A stretch of 64,000 nucleotides of DNA from a virus, in IMG/VR virus record IMGVR_UViG_3300019776_000919, positions 32,001 to 96,000 of that record. One strand, 5' to 3'. Below the pieces are notes generated by a model. That model was given only the letters and a program-made list of their open reading frames with translations. It did no database searches and had not been told where the DNA came from. Shown here in pieces: positions 9,810 to 17,480 of the stretch (position 1 is the first letter of the stretch; every line of letters begins with the position of its first letter). Made by a program: the position numbers and the translations under genes.

Positions 9810-10857
9810 TTCAATCTTATCATTCCTGATAAGATTGAAGACATCTCTGATAGATATCTTTGTTTATGTGGGGGTCGTGTTGGGTTTTATCGGGGTTTTA
9901 ATCCCCTGCACCGACAGCCTCACTAAGGACATACAGTTACTGTACATCTGAGCTACATCTTACTACCCTATTAACCAATGTAATTGGTAGTCTTTTGCCG
10001 CTATTTACTCAACGTGAAACGCCGTTATACTCCGGCTGAGTTTAAGAGAACGTTAACTCTGCACACCTCACGAGATCTGAGTACCAGGTGTTAATGGTCC
10101 AGCTGCATGCAGGATCCATGGAGGAGTGACTCTTGACCAAGTCATGCAATGACTAGGTCAGTTGGTTTCGAATAATGTATACACTATTCCTGACAGCATA
10201 TTCTTACACAATAAGATAGTTTTCGGCCTACCCTACTCTGTAAACATACACTTATCGAATACTTAACGTCTGGGTAAAGATTGAGCTTAATGAAACCATT
10301 TTCCCCGTTTCTATGAAAACTTCAGGGGGAAAAGACTATTATCGAGCAGTGACTGCTCAAAGCTTTTAATGCTACCAAAATCTTTACAAAAAAAGGATAA
10401 ACTTATCCACTGGGTATGAGGTGCTCTTCTTATTTATATAAAACTTATTAAATGTTCTATATAAGTTTTAAAAGAGACCACGTCGTAGATGTCCAATCCA
10501 GTGGCCAGTTCTTCGGTAGCCCAAGCTACCGAAAACAGCTTTGAAGATAGTTACGTTATCTTCATGCTTTTCAGCAATACTTTATCCGACTCAAATTAAT
10601 GAGTATTTCAAATCAAACAATACACTATATTTATTCATTATTTCTACTGCAGCTCTCTTTAGAACCGGTTAGTACTACTGGAGAAGACCTTATGTCGACA
10701 TATGTCGAGATCGATGTCCGCCGGGTAGTGCGTCAGTAGTCCTTGGCTAACAAAGTTAGCCAAAAGAGCTTTGAAGATAGTTACTCATCTTCCGCCGTTT
10801 GGCGTACTATATTTATATTTGATTTGAAATACAACCTAGGGTTTAACTAGGTTGTTT
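9810..10857 (-). ncRNA. Candidate large structured non-coding RNA(s) with a duplicated module
   Basis: No ORF of 60 aa or more between 9727 and 10876; many hairpins, most G-U pairs favour the - strand; two related modules at ~10470-10590 and ~10680-10815. Confidence 0.6.
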
Positions 10858-10875
10858 ACAGCACTTTAAGTCTGT

Positions 10876-11079
10876 TTAGTCAGCTAAAGCAAATTCTTCG
10901 ATTGCTGCCATTTGCGCAGGACTTCGACTCTTCCAGCTTTTTGGCCAGTTATCAGGAGTCGGGGAATCTAAAGTTTCGATACTATCGCTATCTCGAAATG
11001 CAAGGTATGCGCCTTGATTATCTTTAATAATTGCGAAACCCTCATCTGGGTATTCGATAACTTGTTGCGTCATGCACAT
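10876..11079 (-). CDS. Hypothetical protein
   Basis: 67-aa ORF downstream of tRNA-Arg. Confidence 0.5.
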   Translation of the reverse strand: MCMTQQVIEYPDEGFAIIKDNQGAYLAFRDSDSIETLDSPTPDNWPKSWKSRSPAQMAAIEEFALAD

Positions 11080-11117
11080 GATGGTCTTTCAACGGTTAGA
11101 ATACTGCTAGGGAAAGA

Positions 11118-11194
11118 TGGCGTGTCCAGAGGGATTCGAACCCCCGACCTACTGCTTAGAAGGCAGTTGCTCTTTCCAGCTGAGCTATGGACAC
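11118..11194 (-). tRNA. tRNA-Arg(UCU)
   Basis: GTGTCCA...ACTGC-CT-TCT-AA-GCAGT...GGTTCGAATCC...TGGACAC-G-CCA. Confidence 0.95.
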
Positions 11195-11197
11195 TTA

Positions 11198-11434
11198 TTA
11201 CTTCAGGATTTCAAAGTCCATTCGATGAGTGTAAATATCATCAGCTTGGACACCGACGCTCTTAGCAATAAGTCTAACAGTTTTGAATGACGGGGAATAA
11301 TCCGCATTCGTGCTAGACGCATGGCTAAGAACTCGGCTGACAGTCGTTCTGCTCAAACCAACGTATTCAGCCAACTGTGCGTTGTTGAAGTTACCTTGAT
11401 TCTTAAGTTTACGAAGATTTTCAGCGAGTCTCAT
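11198..11434 (-). CDS. XRE-family helix-turn-helix regulator
   Basis: LAENLRKLK...QLAEYVGLSRTTVSRV...PSFKTVRLIAKSVGV. Confidence 0.85.
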   Translation of the reverse strand: MRLAENLRKLKNQGNFNNAQLAEYVGLSRTTVSRVLSHASSTNADYSPSFKTVRLIAKSVGVQADDIYTHRMDFEILK

Positions 11435-11490
11435 TTGTTTTCTATTTTGGTTAAGTTAAGAAATAAACCTATACATGGTTCTGTACTTTT

Positions 11491-11520
11491 CTTATACCAA
11501 AGAATAGAAAAAAATTGAAT
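11491..11520 (-). promoter_or_regulatory. Phage promoter motif TCAA-N15/16-TGGTATAAG (representative copy)
   Basis: The + strand motif (C)TTATACCA begins at ~11491, 15562, 21430, 25590, 26096, 29865, 33971, 41205, 42686, 47041, 53343, 56380, 56991, 57890, 60332 and 63779; always upstream of - strand genes or tRNAs, most with TTGA 15-16 nt further right. Confidence 0.8.
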
Positions 11521-11837
11521 CAATGAGCCCTGACTACAGCAGGTTTCTTGATATACTTCAGCTCAATGACTCGGTTCTTATTTCTCATTTCAGATAGCAT
11601 CTCTTTTATTTCACCGGGTAGATTCTTATCAGAAAACCCGGCAGGGATTACTAAAAGGTCTCTATTAGAATTAAACTGAGACTCACCCATTCTAGGGCTG
11701 TGAGATACATACTTGTGGTTAAATACTTTTTTCAATTCTAATTCTTCTTCGGATACCAACGGAGTATCAACTTTTATTTCAACGATTTCTTTATTTCCTA
11801 ATTCTTGCTTTTGCGCTTTCTTTTGCGTTTGCAGCAT
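11520..11837 (-). CDS. Hypothetical protein (start probably MLQTQK)
   Basis: Track ORF 11520..11903 overlaps the resolvase; the internal ATG reduces the overlap. Confidence 0.45.
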   Translation of the reverse strand: MLQTQKKAQKQELGNKEIVEIKVDTPLVSEEELELKKVFNHKYVSHSPRMGESQFNSNRDLLVIPAGFSDKNLPGEIKEMLSEMRNKNRVIELKYIKKPAVVRAH

Positions 11838-12375
11838 CGTTGAAAATAAAGGGTAAAGATGCAAGGCAACAAGCGTCCGCCTCATGATCAGTTTTAAATT
11901 CATATGAATTATCTGTTATATGTTTTGCCAAAGCTACGCTGAATTTCTTATCGAAAGACGGCGATGGGTTACTAAATCCTGTATGTTGATTGCATATCTG
12001 AGATATTTTGATTTTCCAATCAATAGCTCTGATCATCTTTGGATACACACTTGAATCAGTACAAGCATTATACCCTAGAAATCGTGCTCTAATCATGCCT
12101 ATCAACATGGTTATGTTTTCAGTCTCTGAACTGAATACATTGTTGTATGGCACATATCTTTCTATAGTGATGAACTTTATCTCGAATTGAGAAGTATCAC
12201 TGATCATGGAATTGATTATGATTGGAAGTTCTTCTATAAAACCATAATCGTTTTTAGAAGGATTAAATACCCCAGATGCAATTACTTTTACTTTAAAAGG
12301 CTGTACTTTTTGAACTATGGAAAGTCCTAGGTTTACCCACCCAGGATCTATTCCTATTGAGATTTCTGTTTTCAT
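11791..12375 (-). CDS. RuvC-like Holliday junction resolvase
   Basis: IGIDPG, ITIE, WK and DHEADA acidic motifs. Confidence 0.8.
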   Translation of the reverse strand: MKTEISIGIDPGWVNLGLSIVQKVQPFKVKVIASGVFNPSKNDYGFIEELPIIINSMISDTSQFEIKFITIERYVPYNNVFSSETENITMLIGMIRARFLGYNACTDSSVYPKMIRAIDWKIKISQICNQHTGFSNPSPSFDKKFSVALAKHITDNSYEFKTDHEADACCLASLPFIFNDAANAKESAKARIRK

Positions 12376-12686
12376 TATTCCGATTTAACAATAGAAGATC
12401 CGGATGTTATAGTACCGGTACCACCTTCTATTACGATAACTGCATCTCCTTGCCTAGCTATAGTTTTACCACCTGCACCTTTAAGCACTCCGCTACCCCC
12501 GGTTACTTTAAAATGATGACCACAATTAGTATTACCAGTATCGTTTACTGCTACCGCATCTTGACCATCAACTTTAAACCCGCCTGACCCGGACGTAAAT
12601 ACTCCTGTCCAGGCCCTGGGCGAACCGTGGGCAGTACAAGTACCGGCAACAGTATCTCCGACCCTTGCTATGCCCATTTGAGCCAT
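12375..12686 (-). CDS. PAAR-family spike-tip protein
   Basis: ARVGD, C-x-x-H, VDG, CGH, ARQGD, ITSGSSIV; start taken at MAQMG. Confidence 0.85.
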   Translation of the reverse strand: MAQMGIARVGDTVAGTCTAHGSPRAWTGVFTSGSGGFKVDGQDAVAVNDTGNTNCGHHFKVTGGSGVLKGAGGKTIARQGDAVIVIEGGTGTITSGSSIVKSE

Positions 12687-13639
12687 TAATAAACCCATTC
12701 CCCAGACATTGAGTTCTTTGAGTACTGAACGGAAGTAGCTTCGAAGAAATTAGCAAAAGTATTGGATGTGATTAGGTCAATCCAAGGGAGAGGGTTTTCT
12801 TTGATTCCGAATTGTGGTTTCAATCCCATTTGCTGCATTCTATAATCACAGACGTAACGTACGTACGCCTTTACACTTTCTTCAGTTGCGTTGTTATTCT
12901 TACCAACTTTATAAGTAAGAGTAATGAATTCATCCTCTAGTGCAACGACTTTTCTGGCAGTCTCGTAGATTATCGCTTTAAAGTGATTATTGATAACCGA
13001 AGGATTTTCTTCCAAATAGAGATTAAACAAAGTAGTTAAACCGTTTACATGAACAGATTCGTCCCCGATGCTCCATTGATTACCACTTACCGTACCTGGT
13101 AATTTACCCTCTTGACTGAAAGAAAGCAGCATAGCAAACATGCCGAATAGGTTAACCCCTTCCATTAAGACTTGTTTTGCCAAATACAAAGCAATTTCAG
13201 AAGGGTTACCTAGCGGAGATTCTTCAATCATGAAATCATGCTTATCCTTCATTTCCTTAAAAGACAAAAACTCTGACATGAAAGCTTCGCTATCGTAACC
13301 TAACGTATCGTTAAGTCTCTTATACGCTTTCATATGTGTAGTTTCTCTTGCTGCAAAACTTAGCAGCATGATTCTTGCATCGGCATTCTTGAAAATAGGG
13401 AGCAGCCTATTTACGTAAGATGCACACACATCGGTATCGGATTGAGTAAACAATCGAAGAATGTTTTTTATGAACGCTTTTTCCTCTTCGGAAATAGTAC
13501 CATTCTTCCATTGCTCGCAATCTATTCTCATGTCCATTTCTTCAGGAATCCAATGACCGCGTTCATGTTCATCAGTGATTTCTTGAAGCTTCAAATACTT
13601 CGGTACAAAAATTTCATTAGTTTCAGTTAAATTTGACAT
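12686..13639 (-). CDS. nrdB: Ribonucleotide reductase class Ia beta subunit
   Basis: W-x-PEE, FTQSD, RETTH, EGVNLF, DESVH, NFFE. Confidence 0.95.
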   Translation of the reverse strand: MSNLTETNEIFVPKYLKLQEITDEHERGHWIPEEMDMRIDCEQWKNGTISEEEKAFIKNILRLFTQSDTDVCASYVNRLLPIFKNADARIMLLSFAARETTHMKAYKRLNDTLGYDSEAFMSEFLSFKEMKDKHDFMIEESPLGNPSEIALYLAKQVLMEGVNLFGMFAMLLSFSQEGKLPGTVSGNQWSIGDESVHVNGLTTLFNLYLEENPSVINNHFKAIIYETARKVVALEDEFITLTYKVGKNNNATEESVKAYVRYVCDYRMQQMGLKPQFGIKENPLPWIDLITSNTFANFFEATSVQYSKNSMSGEWVY

Positions 13640-13642
13640 TTA

Positions 13643-15484
13643 TTATCCCTGGCAAGCAACGCAGTCAGCACCTTGAGTTGACCAATCAACTAAAGCTTTT
13701 CTTTCAATATTTTTAACAGTATCAATTTTGCTTTCACGTTCTGTACGGAAGTAATACAACGTAAGAACGTTTTCCGATTTCAAGAATTTCAAATGAACAC
13801 TATTAATATATTCTCTTGACATACCTGCAGTAAAGAACAGGTTTAGAGATTGAGCTTGAGAAATATATCCACCTCTTTGATCGGCTAATTCAATCAGCCA
13901 ATGTTGATCAATTTCATTGGCGCATTTAAATACTGCCTTTTCAATATCATTTAGTTCCGGTAAATGCTGAACAGAGCCGTTATGCTCTAGAATACTATTC
14001 CAAGTTGTTTTGTTATTAATACCTTTATGTTCCAGCAAGGCTTCTAGGTAGCGATTTTTCATAACAAAAGAACCAGCTCTAGTATCTTTAACAAAAATGT
14101 TTCTATACCACGGTTCAATAGAAGGAGATGTATTTGCTAAATCCGCAGAATTAGCGTTAGGGGCAATAGCAGTAAGTCTACTATTTCTCAACCCAGTACC
14201 TAACATATCTGGAGCTTCCCCACGTTCCAAAGCTAGTTTTTTACTTTCTTCAACTGCCCTAGAACTTATCAATCCGAATACTTGATGGGTTAATTGAACT
14301 GCAGAATTAAACCCTCCGCTTTCAAACGGGATCATTTTACTTTGAAGTAAACTATGCCATCCAAATGTACCTAAACCCAATGCTCTTTCACGTTCAGCAG
14401 AAAATTTAGCTTTTGCCAGACTAGCAGGCACATTGTCGATAAAGTATTGCAAAACATTGTCTAGGAATCGAATTAAATCTTGAACAATAGTCGTGTCTTT
14501 CCACTCTTCAAACTTTTCCAAATTTAAAGAAGAAAGGCAACATACGAAGGTTCTAAATTCATCCGTAGGTAAAGTAATTTCTGAACACAGGTTTGACCCT
14601 TTAACTTTTAAACCTAGCTTTTTCTGGGACTCTGGCATTTTTCTATTTGCCAAGTCAATTTTAAGCATAAAAGGCTCACCGGTCAACGCCCTGGTGTCAA
14701 GCATATCTTCCCAAATTGCCCTAGCACTGATGGTATCAAAAATTTTACCTGAATGAGGGCACTTTAACGCTATCTGTTTATTGGTGAGTACAGCATCAAT
14801 AAATTCATCGTTTAGGTTAACTGCACTGTGAAATTGTTGACGATTATCTGACCGGCGTTTGGCATCTCCACCAGGAACCCTAAAACGAATATGTTCCAAA
14901 ATGTCTGGATGATTGACATCCATGTAAACCGCTATGGCACCTCTACGACTACCACTTTGTTTAAAGTAGCCTATAGACGAATCAATTACCTTGAGGTAGG
15001 GTATGGGTCCAGGAGCTTTTTTAGACGTGCCACGGATCGAATTATGGGCTCCCATGCCTCCTCCTGCCATACTCAGAGTTGCCAATTCTTGAATAAAGTC
15101 AACTTGACCTTTTGCGCTATCAGGGATTTCTGCTGCGAAGCAAGAAATAGGCAAGCCTGTAATCTTTTCTTCCGGAAGAAAAAAAGAATTGTACCAGTAG
15201 TGAGCACCGGTTTTTCCAGGATCCTTAACCCATTTACCCTTCGCTGCATTCGAGAGTACTGGACTTGCATACATGAACCAATTATTGTATGCATAATCGT
15301 AGATACGTTGGGCTAGCTCATAATCCCCGTAGCAAAAAGTAGTAGCTGGGCGGGCAAGAGCTTGAGGAATAGTCTCCCCTTCTCTTATATAGTGACCTTC
15401 TAATAGGGTCTTTGAGAAATCATTAACATAGTCTGGGTTTTTTCTATCTATTTGAATTCCGAGATACGAGTATTTATTGGACAT
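13643..15484 (-). CDS. nrdA: Ribonucleotide reductase class Ia alpha subunit (short, no ATP cone)
   Basis: PISCF, GSNLCSEI, VCCLSSLN, AIAPNA, QAQSLNLF, TLYY, C-terminal CVACQG. Confidence 0.95.
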   Translation of the reverse strand: MSNKYSYLGIQIDRKNPDYVNDFSKTLLEGHYIREGETIPQALARPATTFCYGDYELAQRIYDYAYNNWFMYASPVLSNAAKGKWVKDPGKTGAHYWYNSFFLPEEKITGLPISCFAAEIPDSAKGQVDFIQELATLSMAGGGMGAHNSIRGTSKKAPGPIPYLKVIDSSIGYFKQSGSRRGAIAVYMDVNHPDILEHIRFRVPGGDAKRRSDNRQQFHSAVNLNDEFIDAVLTNKQIALKCPHSGKIFDTISARAIWEDMLDTRALTGEPFMLKIDLANRKMPESQKKLGLKVKGSNLCSEITLPTDEFRTFVCCLSSLNLEKFEEWKDTTIVQDLIRFLDNVLQYFIDNVPASLAKAKFSAERERALGLGTFGWHSLLQSKMIPFESGGFNSAVQLTHQVFGLISSRAVEESKKLALERGEAPDMLGTGLRNSRLTAIAPNANSADLANTSPSIEPWYRNIFVKDTRAGSFVMKNRYLEALLEHKGINNKTTWNSILEHNGSVQHLPELNDIEKAVFKCANEIDQHWLIELADQRGGYISQAQSLNLFFTAGMSREYINSVHLKFLKSENVLTLYYFRTERESKIDTVKNIERKALVDWSTQGADCVACQG

Positions 15485-15592
15485 TTATTATTTAAGAGTT
15501 TTAATTGTAATTTTTGTTGACTAAAAAAAACTAGAGACCTAATGGTAGGTCTCGTATTTTTCTTATACCAGGAAAAGTATTTTATCTGAAAA

Positions 15593-15952
15593 TTAACCGG
15601 TAGAAGCGTTATTTTCAGAAGAATTTTTTTCACCAGTTTGACCCTCAGTATTTTCTAGGGTTTCGTCACTGGGATTCATTTTTGATAACAATGTTATCAA
15701 GATGGCTATTGCTGTAACTACATTTTCAGATGGAATACCAGGATTCCAATGTTTGTTATCCGCAGGCCACCATACAGGAGTACCCTCTAAGCTTACCCCT
15801 TTCTCTAAAGAATAGGCTGAGTGGATTGCATAGCAAGCCGCCGCCGCACATTCTGAGCCGAAAGTCTTAGGGTCAGATTTTAATAAAACCCCTTCTTTTT
15901 CTAGTCGAGAAATTTCAGCGGTGATTTGTTGTTGGATTTTTTCAAAACTCAT
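15593..15952 (-). CDS. Hypothetical phage protein
   Basis: AAACYA...WWP...WNP motif of a common phage family. Confidence 0.55.
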   Translation of the reverse strand: MSFEKIQQQITAEISRLEKEGVLLKSDPKTFGSECAAAACYAIHSAYSLEKGVSLEGTPVWWPADNKHWNPGIPSENVVTAIAILITLLSKMNPSDETLENTEGQTGEKNSSENNASTG

Positions 15953-16449
15953 GATTTACTAGAGCCAGCGCTTAGTCCAGAAGTAAGTTGTTTTGTAAGA
16001 GAATCCATAGTTTTAGATAAATGTTGCTTTAAAACTTCGTTAGTTTTCTCAGTGAAAATCTTCTGAATCATCGAATCAATCCTCATACCGATTCGAGTTT
16101 CAATCAATTTCTGAGTATCTTCTTTATTCAGAATATCTGTAACTGCAGAACTCACGGTTTCTTGTATTTTTTTCTCTAAGTCCCTTTTAAATTCCGGCTT
16201 TAATTTATACGTTTCATATTTACCGTATCCGCTAGTACTCACAAATTTAGAATTGACTTCAGAAACCGTTTGGTTAATCTGAGATTTGATATCAAAATCC
16301 GCTTTTATTAGGGACGAGGAAGCTTCTTTATAAATAAACCTTTTGGTTATTTCTTCAATGACACATTGCTGAAGTTGCAAACGTACTTCTGACCCTGCGG
16401 GGAATAGTGTTTTTACCGCTGAACCATCTAGCTTTAATTCAATTGACAT
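15949..16449 (-). CDS. Hypothetical protein (start probably MSIELK)
   Basis: Helical ORF in a tightly packed - strand run. Confidence 0.5.
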   Translation of the reverse strand: MSIELKLDGSAVKTLFPAGSEVRLQLQQCVIEEITKRFIYKEASSSLIKADFDIKSQINQTVSEVNSKFVSTSGYGKYETYKLKPEFKRDLEKKIQETVSSAVTDILNKEDTQKLIETRIGMRIDSMIQKIFTEKTNEVLKQHLSKTMDSLTKQLTSGLSAGSSKS

Positions 16450-16451
16450 TT

Positions 16452-16700
16452 TTAAACTCGAAAAGTTTCTGATAGATCTACTTTTAGTTCGTCTGGATGA
16501 CAACCTTTTACCTTACCAGTACCAACTAAATACCCAAGTTCATAGCCTTTATATTTCCCGAAGCTATAACCCCACATTATACAACAAATTCCTACGACAG
16601 TAACGGTAAGAATTACTGCAACCCCTATTGCAATATTGGTAAAAACCGGGTGCATTAGAACATCTCTAATTGAGTAGTTGTTGGTAATCCTAAAGCCCAC
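16452..16700 (-). CDS. Small membrane protein (start may be internal)
   Basis: One hydrophobic segment followed by GY-rich repeats. Confidence 0.45.
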   Translation of the reverse strand: MGFRITNNYSIRDVLMHPVFTNIAIGVAVILTVTVVGICCIMWGYSFGKYKGYELGYLVGTGKVKGCHPDELKVDLSETFRV

Positions 16701-17077
16701 TGTTTTAAATAATGATCATCTTTATTCTTTGGAAATTCTACTTCTTCTAACTCATCTATAGAATATAATCGAATGCATCCATTTCCATAGTTTCTCTCAT
16801 TACTTACGGCGGAAAATACTTTACTACATTCCGAGTTATCATAATTCCGCTCCAACACACCGTACCCTTGAGAAATTGCATATATACTTTTCAGAGAGGT
16901 AATTTCTATAAAAAATACACGGTTGGGGTACTTGGTTGTAGTAGACCAAGGCTCCTCTTTAAATTCAGAGTTTGGAGGATGACAATTCGGCCATCTAAAA
17001 TATCCAAAATCGTGAGATATGGTAGCCCCAGGCTTTATACGGGCCCAGAAGAAAGACTTTGTGACTTTAGTGTCCAT
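16655..17077 (-). CDS. Hypothetical protein
   Basis: 140-aa ORF overlapping its neighbours' ends. Confidence 0.5.
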   Translation of the reverse strand: MDTKVTKSFFWARIKPGATISHDFGYFRWPNCHPPNSEFKEEPWSTTTKYPNRVFFIEITSLKSIYAISQGYGVLERNYDNSECSKVFSAVSNERNYGNGCIRLYSIDELEEVEFPKNKDDHYLKQWALGLPTTTQLEMF

Positions 17078-17444
17078 ATTCTTTTAAGAAATTTTCAAAA
17101 TCTTTTTTCAACAACTCAGCCATTTCCCCTCTAACCGGTTTGCCATCGGCAGCATCCCTTTCTAAGACGTTACAAATCATCTTGACAGATGCACACAATT
17201 TAATGTGCGCAGCCTCTTTTTTACTGGCAGTATCAGGAGGGAATCCTAACTTTATATCTTTTTGTACTTGTAAGGATTCTTTGATCGAAGAAGCTTCTTG
17301 TTTTCCTAAAAACTTTTCTTCGATGGCTTTAGTAGCTTGAATCATATCCGCTAAAGTTCGAATTTCTTGTTCAGCCGGTCTAATTTGACCGGGAGCATGA
17401 GTTTTATTTGTTACTTTGTGAGCGGGTTGAAATGGTATAGACAT
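17067..17444 (-). CDS. Hypothetical protein
   Basis: 125-aa ORF. Confidence 0.5.
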   Translation of the reverse strand: MSIPFQPAHKVTNKTHAPGQIRPAEQEIRTLADMIQATKAIEEKFLGKQEASSIKESLQVQKDIKLGFPPDTASKKEAAHIKLCASVKMICNVLERDAADGKPVRGEMAELLKKDFENFLKEYGH

Positions 17445-17480
17445 ATTATACTGACCCGGTTACCCGGGCCAGTTCCTTAT

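Noticed and set aside
9860-10460. tmRNA, RNase P RNA or group I/II intron identity for the non-coding region
   Set aside because: No acceptor stem with T-arm and CCA, no GAGGAAAGUCC, no P/Q/R/S set and no domain V recognisable by eye; a covariance search is still needed.
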